DNA of 62,134 bases, filler included, from Squatina squatina (taxonomy: Eukaryota), in assembly GCA_031763465.1 (NCBI GenBank). It is 3 parts of 3 records of this genome, joined end to end, with 100 filler letters (N's around TTAATTAATTAA, not from the genome) between each part and the next. Parts side by side here need not be neighbours in the genome. Positions count along the whole stretch, not along the records: positions 19,520 to 40,440 come from JARFOE010000127.1; positions 40,541 to 62,134 come from JARFOE010000234.1; 1 more part is not named here. One strand, written 5' to 3'. Shown here one piece after another: positions 39,726 through 51,147 of this stretch (positions are counted from its first letter, which is position 1; the number at the start of each line of letters is the position of its first letter). Under the pieces are notes generated by a model. It was not told the DNA's origin. It did not search any database and saw only the letters and a program-made list of their open reading frames with translations. The translations under genes and the position numbers were made by a program.

Positions 39726-40440
39726 TGTACTATTGTGTATCTGTGTTTGTGTCTGTCTCTGTAATACTGTGTGTCTGTGTGTGTGTCTGTCCCTGTAATA
39801 TTGTGCATCTATGTGTGCCTGTCTCTGTAATACAATGTATCTGTGCGTGTGACTCTCTCTGTAATACTGTGTATCTGTGTGTGTGTCTGACTCTGTAAAC
39901 TGTGTGTCTGTGTGTGTGTCCCTCTTTGTAATACTGTGTGTCTGTGTGTGTCTGTCTCTTTAATACTGTGTATCTGTGTGTGTCTGTCTCTGCAATACTG
40001 TGTATCTGTGTGTGTGACTGTCTCTGTAATACTGTGTATCTGTGTGTGTGACTGTCTCTGTAATACTGGGTATCTGTGTGTGTCTGTGCCTGTAATACTG
40101 TCTGTATGTGTGTATCTGTCTCTGTAACACGGTGTATCTGTGTGTGTGTCTGTCTCTGTAATACTGTGTATCTGTGTGTGTCTCTTTCTCTGTAATACTG
40201 AGTATCTGTGTGTGTCTGATTCTCTGTAATACTGTGTATCTGTGTGTGTGTCTTCCCTGTAATACTGATTATCTGTGTGTGTGTCAAACTCTGTAATACT
40301 GTGTATCTGTGTGTGTGTCTGTCTCTGTAATACTGTGTCTGTGAGTTTGTCTGTCTCTTTAATACTGTGTATGCTTCTGTTATATAGTGTAACTGTGTGT
40401 GTCTGTCTCTGTACTATTGTATATCTGTGTGAGTGTCTGT
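39726..40440. repeat. ~30-bp TG-rich minisatellite
   Basis: Unit approximately CTGTAATACTGTGTATCTGTGTGTGTCTGTCT with a variable number of TG steps. Confidence 0.92.
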
Positions 40441-40540
40441 NNNNNNNNNNNNNNNNNNNNNNNNNNNNNNNNNNNNNNNNNNNNTTAATTAATTAANNNN
40501 NNNNNNNNNNNNNNNNNNNNNNNNNNNNNNNNNNNNNNNN
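40441..40540. other. Artificial scaffold spacer N44-TTAATTAATTAA-N44
   Basis: 12-mer at 40485-40496; identical layout to 19420-19519. Confidence 0.97.
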
Positions 40541-40718
40541 TCTCCAACTTCAAATACCAGTGTAGTGTTCCCACTCGAATGAAGGAAGTCTGCTTCGTTG
40601 TCGGCAGCTCCTCCACTCTCAACATTGTAAACAACAGCAGCTACAAAGTCAGCAGATCCATTTCTAGCAACTGTAAAATTGGCAACACTTCCTTCCTGGA
40701 CTCTAACGACAATTGGCT
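40541..40718 (-). CDS. ADGRV1: ADGRV1 (VLGR1/GPR98) Calx-beta exon, truncated by the spacer
   Basis: tttag| acceptor; (E)PIVVRVQEGSVANFTVARNGSADF...ADFLHSSGNTTLVFEVG. Confidence 0.85.
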
Positions 40719-42022
40719 CTAAAATTAAGCAAATCAGGCAAGGGTCAGAATTACCAATACAAAATATCTGATAAAACATTAAACACAATTCAAATGGCCC
40801 ATCTTAGAAATATACCTTTGTGAACCTTCTGTTCATAACTGATTACCAAAGGATACTTTTAAGTGCTGTCGGGAGAAAAGCAGTCTGTGGATACAGATAA
40901 TTGCCTTGTATTATACCAGGTCACAGTTTGTGATTGCTGGAAGACTAAGTGCAATATTCCTTTTCATTCATATTTACCACATGACAAAAGCCCAGACAGC
41001 ATTCAATAAATACCACTTCTACTAAATAAACCTAAAAGCAATTGTCCACTGAATCCATCAAAATGGAAAGTATTGTTTTATTGCTCCTGTGGTTTTCAAT
41101 ACTGTATCCCTGAAGTGGTAAAACAGCCGTCAGCTGGCACTTAAGTATCGGGATAATTTGCTGAGACTCCGCCACTGGGGAGTAGCTTCACTAATGGTTG
41201 AGCGTAGGTCAGTAAATCAAGGCTATACTGCATCTCAGAAAATCAGCATTTTAGTGTTGTAGCCCTCTTTCTGACCTGCGTTCACTGCTATCAAGGCTTC
41301 ATGCCTGTAGTAGCCTTCCAAAACTGCCCCCATGAAGATTTTATTTTATTGTATCTCACAGCTCATTGACTGAACTTTTAAAAATGTCTTCGTAGGAAGA
41401 AAATTATGCTAATCCAAACTGAACAATTTTTTTTTAATGCAAGAGCCAACTGGAAACATCCAGAATTTGGATTTTATTTNNNNNNNNNNNNNNNNNNNNN
41501 NNNNNNNNNNNNNNNNNNNNNNNNNNNNNNNNNNNNNNNNNNNNNNNNNNNNNNNNNNNNNNNNNNNNNNNNNNNNNNNGCCATCGTTCAGTCATATGTT
41601 CCTTGATACAGTCCTGGCGCCAAAAAAAGGCACTGTGCCTCCTGCCAGGGCATCGCTGTAACCTGCATTATTTTATGCTTGTGGTCAGAGACCAGCTGCA
41701 TACTGATGGAGTGAAAACATTTCCTGTTGATAGACCCCCGAGTTGCTTTTACAGGCCTTGATTGCTATATGTGCGTGAATGATGAGGCATTACACTTTTT
41801 AGGGCCTAACCGTTTTCATCTAACCATTTTTTTTAAATTACACTGAACCGAGAAACATTAGTTCATTCAATAGTGCTAAATGTATGAGATCAGAAAATGA
41901 CTACTGTTCTGTTAATCAAGTTATTTCATTTTTAAGGGGGCTTGTGTGAACTTTTATAACAATAATTTCATCCAACTACTGGAAAACAAAATCAATCATT
42001 GATTGGTAAAGTTTTTTTTTAC

Positions 42023-42203
42023 CTGTGTACAAAGTATCTCCCTTGCTTTCATTTATAGTTTGAGTAAAATCTTGAGTGATGAATTGTATCACACCATGAG
42101 GATCATCATTCTTCAAAACTGTGATATTGACTTGTGTAGCAGTTCCTAATTCGCTTGGTGGTAAACTATGGCTGCTGAGTATTGCAGAATAGTGTTCATC
42201 CAG
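42023..42203 (-). CDS. ADGRV1: ADGRV1 exon
   Basis: cttag| and |gtaaaa boundaries; LDEHYSAILSSHSLPPSELGTATQVNITVLKNDDPHGVIQFITQDFTQTINESKGDTLYT. Confidence 0.9.
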
Positions 42204-42648
42204 CTAAGAACANNNNNNNNNNNNNNNNNNNNNNNNNNNNNNNNNNNNNNNNNNNNNNNNNNNNNNNNNNNNNNNNNNNNNNNNNNNNNNNNNNNNNNNN
42301 NNNNNNNNNNNNTCCTAACCCTCAGTATTCAGCCCAACCTTTCACTCGTCCCTTTCACTGATCCACCAGGGACTTAACAAACAGCAAAGGATTGTGAGCT
42401 CAGACCCTCAAGCATTCAAACATCTCCTTTGTTTTGAGTCCCATCTCCATTCGGTGGTAAAATGAAACCTTTCAGTAAGGTCACAATATTAGGGAATTTG
42501 TGTTCTTTTAAAGAAAGAAAAGTCAAACACATTGATAACCCAGGGTATATAAAAATAATTCATGGAGAATCAAGTAAAGTTGCATTTTGTTCACAATTTT
42601 CTTCAAAAGTACAAAAATTAATTTTCAACACCATTCATCCAGACTTAC

Positions 42649-42775
42649 ATGAACAAAATATGGTCCTCTTGTCTGTGGGGAGAATTCGAATACTCCACCT
42701 GGGTCATCATTTTGTAAAATAATTATCTCTCTACTTGTAAATCCCGATTTCACAATCTGATTTTCAGGGTTAGTT
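42649..42775 (-). CDS. ADGRV1: ADGRV1 exon
   Basis: ttgcag| and |gtaagt boundaries; TNPENQIVKSGFTSREIIILQNDDPGGVFEFSPQTRGPYFVH; phase-compatible with 44757-44980. Confidence 0.9.
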
Positions 42776-44008
42776 CTGCAAATGAAATAGAAAGTCGAAA
42801 ATTACAAATGTCACAGTTTCACAGGAAACAATTCTACACATTCAAATGGCAGTAAACTATTTGCTAACTACTTCCAGTTTTAAATCTTCGATTGAATAAT
42901 GTGTACTTTTTTTTTTAAATGTCAGAATCTCATCCAGCCACGAAGTTGTCAGAAAACATGTTTTTAAAGCAAATCAAAGTAAAGAGGTGAATTTTCTCCA
43001 ACAGTACACAGGCAAGCATACTTACATAAAATTCCTTTGTGCACTATTTTAATGCTGCCATTAGCACATTAAAAACAAGTTAAAGAGAGGATTAAATAAT
43101 ACACAAAGGAACTTTATGCAAACAGATGAAATTAATCATAGAATTGTTACCACGAGAATGTTTCTTTAATTTAGATATATATATACACAATATATATATT
43201 ATATATATCATTACAAGAGAGAAAATAAAATCTACTATCTTGCAACACACTTCACATGAATCAGTGATTTGAATCAATGTTCAAGTCATATACCATCATT
43301 TTCTCTTTTGTCGCTTCACAACCAGCATTGTGTTTAAATCAGCACAAGCGCAACATTCAACATCAAAACTTGCATTAAAGAGGGAGATTGATCTTGGGGG
43401 GTGGGGGGTGGTAAATTGGATAAGGCCCAAAAACGTGCGCCATCTGCCCATGCCCATTGAAAGTAGTGCTCATTACCAGGACTGCAGCACTGAGCCCAGC
43501 ACTAAACACACTGCTGGTTCGTTCAGCAGGGGGCCCAATATCATGTGCAGCCTGCTCTCTATTTAAAGGTTGCGTGCAGAGTGAAAGGTTGTCTGCACTT
43601 CTTAAAGGGGAGCTGCTTTGGTGCAGCAGTATCACATTGTGACTGGAGCTGGAGCTTGTCTCAACAGCTGAAAGAGACTAAGAAAATCGGTGCTAAGTGT
43701 GGGCCCATTAGCGCTGAAATTAGCACTTTTTTTTTTAAAGCTGTTTGTGAAATTTTTTCTGAGTGTTGAAAAGCCAGACTTAAGCCTAAAGTTCTAAGAG
43801 CTGAACTTTGCGCCCAACTGTTCCTCCGTTCGTGCCAGAAACTCAGGGCAATCAAATCGGGCACCCAAAGTCCTTTCTGATCTTCAAAGAAAAGTGCTTC
43901 AGCACTAACACAAATGACTCAGCAAACCAGGGAAGGGTACTCAGGGTCTCGCATGTTGCACTCCATCTTTGTGTGATGGGTTAACACTGCAAGAGAGGNN
44001 NNNNNNNN

Positions 44009-44590
44009 CTGCCATTTTCTTATTCCCCATTATAAATTCTCCTGTCTCAGCCTGTAAGGGACACACATTTGCCTTTGTTAATGTTTTTCTTTTGGCATAT
44101 CTATAGAAGCTTTTACAGTCCATTTTTATGTTTCTTGCTAGTTACTCATATTCTATTTTCCCTTTATTTATCAGTTTCTTGATCATCCTTTGCTGAATTC
44201 TAAAATGTTCCCAATCCTCAGGCTTACTGATTTTTTTGGCAACTTTATAAGCCTCTTCCTTTGATCTAATACAATCTTTAACTTCTCTTGTTGGCCATGG
44301 TTGGATCACTTTTCCTGTTGGGTTAATTCTTTAAATGCTAGCCATTGCCTGTCTACCATCATACCTTTTAATGTAGTTTCCCAATCCACCTCTCATACCT
44401 TCGTAGTTTAGATTTACGATCCTAGTTTCGGATTGAACTACATCACTTTCAAATTTAATGTAAAATTCTCTCATATTATGGTCGCTCTTCCCTAAAGGCC
44501 CCTATACAACAAAATTATTAATGACAAAAGCAAAATACTGCGGATGCTGGAATCTGAAATACAAACAAAACATGCTGGAAAAACTCAGCA
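44009..44590 (-). mobile_element. CR1 LINE internal fragment followed by a Penelope-type tail
   Basis: Minus strand DCKSFYRYAKRK...VCPLQAETGEFIMGNKKMA; 44520-44590 is the reverse of the tail family seen at 30030-30070. Confidence 0.7.
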
Positions 44591-44756
44591 NNNNNNNNNN
44601 NNNNNNNNNNNNNNNNNNNNNNNNNNNNNNNNNNNNNNNNNNNNNNNNNNNNNNNNNNNNNNNNNNNNNNNNNNNNNNNNNNNNNNNNNNTGAATTTATC
44701 ATATATGATTAATTAATGAAAATGTGAACAAGTTTGTGAATTAAAAACAAACATAC

Positions 44757-44980
44757 CGGTCTAATGAGATAATCAAAGTCTCATTTATTTCAGGCTGGTC
44801 ATCTGATTTTATTGTGATGTTGATTGTAGCACTGCTCTGGCCCGATAAGAATGTAACAGAACCATTGACTGGGCTGAGGTCATCACTGGTGATATTGTGA
44901 CTATTAACCCCTGTAGGTTTCAAATGCCAGTATACGTCTGCGGAGCCATCAGTTCCATCTCGTTGCAAGGCAATATATAT
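44757..44980 (-). CDS. ADGRV1: ADGRV1 Calx-beta exon
   Basis: ttccag| and |gtatgt boundaries; IYIALQRDGTDGSADVYWHLKPTG...GSVTFLSGQSSATINITIKSDDQPEINETLIISLD(R). Confidence 0.92.
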
Positions 44981-45428
44981 CTGGAAAGAAGACCGCAACA
45001 ACTAAAGAATAACTGACATTTTTGGACGTGTCTGTGCTTTTAAAGCATTATCGATCTGAAAACATAACCAAAAATGGATATCTATTTACAATTCATTATA
45101 TTCACACAGATGTTTCTTGGAGAACATGGATTCTCCAAGTCCAGAGCAAAAAAAAAATTTATGTAATTTATTACCTCATCTTCTGGACTAGTTTCAATCA
45201 CGTAAGGGGTCCAGAGAGGAAGTTTCTGGATTTTTTCCCTCCAGGTTGGTCTGAATTTTTAATCTAGTTTTTCTCCCCTCCCAGGAGATCACATGGCTCC
45301 GGGTAGGATGGGGAGTCTAGGTATCGTGNNNNNNNNNNNNNNNNNNNNNNNNNNNNNNNNNNNNNNNNNNNNNNNNNNNNNNNNNNNNNNNNNNNNNNNN
45401 NNNNNNNNNNNNNNNNNNNNNNNNNNNN

Positions 45429-45978
45429 CATTGATAACAACTTTCTGTGCCAGAAGACTGCTGCCAATTGACAGAACTCCATGAGGTTTGTCATTTGGCT
45501 CAATAATAACCTGAACTGTACTGGGACTAAGCAGCACTGCATCGCCCTTTATTGTCCCTTCAAGTAACACAACCTGAAATGACTCCGCAATTTCAGGGAT
45601 AGTATCATTAATAATCTGAAATTTCAGATTTACTTCATAAACATAGGGTGGGAAAATAATGGTCCTGTTTGGTTGGAGATCAATAAAATCGGATTGTAAC
45701 AATGCACTGGCAGAACTGTTGCCAGTTACTATCTGGTAATCAATAGAAACCAGAGTATCATCAGAACCAATTAGTTTTCCATTCTGGTCCCTCCCACGAA
45801 TGACTGGTATGGTAATCACATCAATCGTCTCTGGCACTGTGTATATTGCTTGCGCTAATCGCAGGGGGCTGTCATTTTTGTTGATTTTAAGTTGAAAGCT
45901 GCTTTGCGTAGAATTTATTTCAGCTCCTCCCTCGACACTGGTCAGCTGCACAGTGAAAACTTCATTATTTTCAGGAAT
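45429..45978 (-). CDS. ADGRV1: ADGRV1 large Calx-beta exon, 3' end lost in a gap
   Basis: ttccag| acceptor; IPENNEVFTVQLTSVEGGAEIN...DFIDLQPN...DTIPEIAESF...GDAVL...PNDKPHGVLS. Confidence 0.95.
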
Positions 45979-47129
45979 CTGGAAGAACGAAAGAAATGTC
46001 TTAAATAGTAGCCACTTGGATGTTACAGGTAAATCTTTGATTTAATTACATTGGGCCAGAAATTCTAGTAGTTGAGGAGGGCAGGATCCATCACCTGCCA
46101 GTGGGCCAGGATTTAGGGCAGTACCCAGGTCGCATTTAAATTTCCTCCAAATTCCAGTCGGAGAGAGCGAGCGAGCAATCTTCCACAGGCCCCCCACGTC
46201 CTGGAGTGTGTCTGGTGGAGTTCCCAAGCCAGCCTGAGAATTAAGTCCCCATTCGGCTCAACTGAACTTTCACCCTCAGAACGACAGGGCGCCTCTCGGA
46301 TTCTTGTTCCAGCTGTCAAGGTGGGCATTTCTGAAATGCCCTTACGAGCGCAAGCCTTCCATTACGATTATGTCATTGCATAATGAGATGGGTCCTATGG
46401 CTTTGTCTATGTAGGCACGGGAGTCCCACACTGCCACATTATGCTGACGGGGATGGGACCCTGGAATTCTGGGGCTTTCAGCTTTAAATTTCTGAATAGT
46501 GACTTCCCCTTGTACTGCATGCATATTTACTATCGGAGAAACAATATTCTGCAGATTAATTACACAAAATATAAAATACCATAGATTTGCATTTTAAAAA
46601 TAGGTGCAGTCTGAAATAAAGCAATTAAGTAACTCACTTCACATCTCACTCATCATACATTTGAGCCCTGGAGAACCAACAATTAACATGACAATCAGAT
46701 TCAGGATAAGTTCAGCAGTTCACATTTGAGTAACTATAATTTGTATGTTAAATTAGCCACAGGGGAATTATAATTTTGACTGGAAACTTTCACAAAAAAA
46801 AACTATTGTCCCCAGGCATTTGCTCTGCACATATTTATTCAATTACTAGTTAACTGTTGTCAGGTTGCTCAATGGAGAACGCAAAGATGGTCATATATGC
46901 TCAATTGAAATACTTCTTGGATGAAATAGGATTAAAAAAGTGTAAGTTTGTAGATAGCAATGTTTGCTTAATTAGCAAAATTGAACANNNNNNNNNNNNN
47001 NNNNNNNNNNNNNNNNNNNNNNNNNNNNNNNNNNNNNNNNNNNNNNNNNNNNNNNNNNNNNNNNNNNNNNNNNNNNNNNNNNNNNNNAGGACTTTTACCA
47101 ACTCCAGACTTTATGTAACATTTATGTTC

Positions 47130-47750
47130 ATAGAATCAGACAGCGCAGAAGGAAGCCATTTGGCCCATCATGCCTGTGCTGGTTCTTTGAAAAAGCTATC
47201 CAATTAGTCCCACTCACCTGCCCTTTTCCCATAACCCTGCAAATTTTTGGTTCAAGCATTTATCCAATTCCCTTTCAGGTAGTGCATTCTATATCATAAC
47301 AATTTGCTACTTAAAATAAATTCTCTTCATTCCCCCCTCCCCCGCCCGCTTCTTTTGCCAATTATCTTAATTCAGTGTCTTCTGATTACTGACCTTCCTG
47401 CCAGTGGAAACTGTTTCTCCCTAACTACTCCATCAAAACCCTTCAGAATTTTGAACACCTCTATTAAATCTCCCCTCAAACTCTCTGTGCTAAGGAAAAC
47501 AATCCTAGTTTCTCTAGTCTTTCCACACAACTGAAGTCCTTCATCCCTGGTATAATTCTGGTAAATCTCCTCTGCACCATCTCCGAGATATTGACATTCT
47601 ACCTAAAGTTTTGTGCTCAGAATTGGACACAATTCTCCAGCTGAGACCTAACCAGCGATTTCCAAAACTTCCTTGCTTTGGCACTCCATGCTTCTATTTA
47701 TAAACCCAAAGATCCCGTATGCTTTTTATCAACTTGTCCTGCCACCCATA
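47130..47750 (-). mobile_element. CR1 LINE 3' fragment
   Basis: Reverse-oriented CR1 tail (atagaatc...gccatttggcccatc) and ENCVQF*AQ-like RT C-terminal remnant. Confidence 0.7.
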
Positions 47751-48435
47751 TGTTATTATGTTCTATGCATCGCTGCAAATTGCTACATATGCAAATTTAG
47801 TACTGGAAAAATACAACTTTAATGTACAATATGGATTTAGATTTGACTTTTAAAAAATAAATAAATAGCATTGTTGACGATTTTGCATCAAAAAGCCAAC
47901 TAAATTGTGCCACAATATATGCTGCTCGTACCAGCACTTTAAAAAGCTGGTGGCATAATTATGAAAACAGAAATAAAATAAAAACAAAGCATGGTCCAGT
48001 TTATCATTTTCTGACCTCTTCAATGAAAATTGAAATACTTCTCAATAGAGTACAGTTCACAGCATCCGCTGTATTTTGCTTTTGCCCAATTCAAAAGCTG
48101 CTGTTATTAGCCGCCTGCCTGTTCTGGACTAGCCAGCCTCTTTGCTGATTAGCTATTTATAAGAAGCAACAATAACAATGCTGAAAAGAAAAATGCCTTC
48201 AAGGGATTCCACACAGTCTATGTAGCAGCAGTGCCAAGTGGAGAATGACAAATTGCTAACCAGATTACTTCACTGCATTTAATCAAATTGGCTGGTTGAA
48301 ATGCTAATTGCCTGTTTCTAACGTTCTCAACGCAGNNNNNNNNNNNNNNNNNNNNNNNNNNNNNNNNNNNNNNNNNNNNNNNNNNNNNNNNNNNNNNNNN
48401 NNNNNNNNNNNNNNNNNNNNNNNNNNNNNNNNNNN

Positions 48436-48932
48436 ACACTGTAACAGCTTGGGTGGCATTTACTTGGATTCACCGCTGTTTCACCCCACTGCTCCCAATA
48501 TTCCTGATATTGCTGCTCAATGCTCTGACCGTGGGTCACATTTTGGTGGCCAGTGGAGTCCGCAGGAGGCTGAGGGGCAGCAACAATGATGCGAATCACA
48601 ATGATCCGGAGATGGAGAACCGAAGGAAATCCATTATCTTACTCTTCACTATATCCGGCAACTTTATACTGCTGTGGATGACTTATGTGATATTTTTCGT
48701 ATGGGTGCAAATTATAAACCGTTACTATCCCACAGGTTTCAATGACCCGGTGTTTATCGGAGACCAGACGAGCTATATGCTCCTGCTTTTGAGCTGCTGC
48801 ACAAACACGTGTATTTATGCAGTGACCCAGACTAAATTCAGGGAGGAGCTACAGAATGGGATGAAATATCCACTGAGGAAAATATTTAAGTTAGTTCAGC
48901 AAAGGAAAGTGGGGAGGAATTCCCAGCATTAG
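48436..48932 (+). CDS. GPR139-like class A GPCR, TM5 to C-terminus (5' part lost in a gap)
   Basis: Open frame AWVAFTWIHRCFTPLLPIFLILLLNALTVGHIL...DPEMENRRKSIILLFTISGNFILLW...LLSCCTNTCIYAVTQTKFREEL...*. Confidence 0.88.
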
Positions 48933-49474
48933 ATCTGCTTTACAGCTCATATCCCATCCTGTGTTCTTTGCATCTTTTACCTGAACACCAACAGGCTCGG
49001 TCTCAGTCCCAGGCTTCTACAGACATAATGCTGGGCAATATTGGACAAAGCATGTGTTAAATTATGTCAGAGTTATGTGTGCAAGTTAGACGAGCTAGCA
49101 TTATGTGGATGGTAAAGTTATGTGAGCGGTAAGGGTTTAATTGGATTAAATCCTATTCCTGGACACAAAGATCAACATTGAGCTTTAGGCAGTCTTGAGA
49201 TTGGGAAGTTTATTGCTGTATGAGACAGAACACGTGGGAAACAACAGGGGAGTGGGAAAGGAGAATAAGCTGCTCTGTAATTAATATCTAATTATGTAAA
49301 GCAGTGAACGATAACTGTGTTACTTGTGTGTGAAAAGCCTGCAGAATAATAAAGAGATCATTAAACCAATGTGATGTATTGTCTTTGAACTTTTACTTTG
49401 CGAACAGCTTCTCCATCTCGTCTGCAACTCTGGATTTTATTTGGAACTTAAGCAATGTTGTTTCCTGTTCATAG

Positions 49475-50275
49475 CCTGTGCCGAAGAACAGTGGCGTCTC
49501 CAGTCGCGAGTCCCCTGTCCCTGGTGTTTATGAACAGTGGCGCTTCTAGAAGTCAGTCTCCTGGACATGTATCTAAAAAGCGTGTTACTTCCAGCAGTGA
49601 CTTCACTGGACTTTTGCCTAAGAACAGCGGAGTTTACACCAATGAGACCCCTTTCCCGGTGTTTATGAAGATTAGCGTCTCCAGAAGTGAGACCACTGGA
49701 ATTGTATATCTGAACAGTGGTGCTTCCAGCAGTGATTCCTCTGGACTTATGTCTGTAACAGAGGAGTTTCCGCTGAGGAGACCCCATTCCCAGTATCTAT
49801 GAACAATGTAGTATCCAATAGTGAATCCCCTGTCCCACTGTCTTGCAACAGGGGTGCTTCCAGTGGTGAGTTCTCTTCCCTGGTATCTCCGAACACACAT
49901 GTTTCCAGTGGTGAGTCACCTGTCCCAGTGTCCAAAAGAGTCGGAAGTGGAATATGAGGACCAGGAGCAGACTGAGAGAGCAGCTGGAGACCCGCTTCCG
50001 GAAGACCTGACACAGGAGAGCCCAGTCCCCACTGTCAGATGTCTGTGACCGCTAGTCAGATAGTCACCATGACAGCAATCTGAGCGGAGCCATCTGAGCA
50101 ATGAAACAGTGCCGCTATCACCGAGCTCTACTCCACAACTACCGAGGCTCCTGTTAGAAAACATTCTGAGTCTCACATTCATCGAGATACTCAACATTGT
50201 CCCAAATGATTCCCTCCATATCCCGTATCAGAGTCCAGTGATCCAGATCCAGCTGAAATGTGTGTGGATGTGAGG
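49475..50275 (+). pseudogene. Putative decayed coding exon with ~10 x 45-bp (15-aa) Ser-rich repeats; product unknown
   Basis: Acceptor-like ttcctgttcatag|; AACA anchors at 49533, 49623, 49713, 49757, 49802, 49847 and 49892; NSGASSSESP-like peptides; frameshifts and stops. Confidence 0.4.
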
Positions 50276-50469
50276 GCCCAATGTGCGAGGAACCAGCAGC
50301 CTCTGTGTCCGGTCATCCAGACCCAGCAGCAGTGTGTGTGAATGAGAGGGCCGGCGTGTGAGGAAACAGCAGCCTCTGTGTCCGGTCATCCAGACCCAGC
50401 AGCAGTGTGTGTGAATGAGAGGGCCGGCGTGTGAGGTAACAGCAGCCTCTGTGTCCAGTGATCCAGATT
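50233..50469. repeat. 73-bp tandem repeat, about 3 copies
   Basis: cagcagcctctgtgtcc at 50294, 50367 and 50440. Confidence 0.9.
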
Positions 50470-50477
50470 GGTTCAGA

Positions 50478-50900
50478 AGAACATAACAGATAAGAAATAT
50501 GAGCAGGAGTAGGCCTTTAAGCCCCTTGAGCCTGTTCCACCATTCAACAAGAGCACGGTTGACCTTCTACTTCAACGCCACTTTCCTGCATTATCCTGAT
50601 ATTTCTTCTATCCCTTAATATCAAAAAATCCTTCAATATCTCTCAAATATACTCAACAACGGAGCCTCCAAAGACCTGCAGAATAGAACATTCCAAAGAT
50701 TCGCCACCCTCTGAGTGAAGTCTATTCTCCTCATCTCAGTCCTAAATGGCCGACCTCTTATTCTGAAATTCTGCCCATTGTTCCAGACTCTCCAGCCAGG
50801 GGAATCATGCTCCCTGCAACTGCCCTGTCAGGCCCTGTAAGAATTTTGTATGTTTCAATGTGATCACCTCTCATTCTTCGAAATCTAGAGAATATAGCTC
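50478..50900 (-). mobile_element. CR1 LINE 3' end
   Basis: Minus strand RFRRMRGDHIETYKILTG plus CR1 tail. Confidence 0.8.
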
Positions 50901-51147
50901 TGCTGTGCACCAGAAGGTAAGTGAGGGAATTGTAAGCCTGAAGTCTTAATGGAAAATCTCTCTTCAACGGGGTAATCTTTCTGTACATCCAGCTTAGTTT
51001 AACTAGTAGAAGGTAAAGCAGCAACTGTAGTTAATTGGGCAACTAGCTTGAACTGGTTTTCTGTAGCCTGCAGTTATAGTTTGGTAAAATATTCAACAAT
51101 GAACAAATTACCCTAAAAACCAAGTCCCAACAAAAGAAAAACAATAC

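Noticed and set aside
50900-51000. Search for a U2, tRNA or 5S target beside the Tx1 copy A 3' end
   Set aside because: No recognisable RNA-gene sequence; the flank leads into a CR1 fragment.
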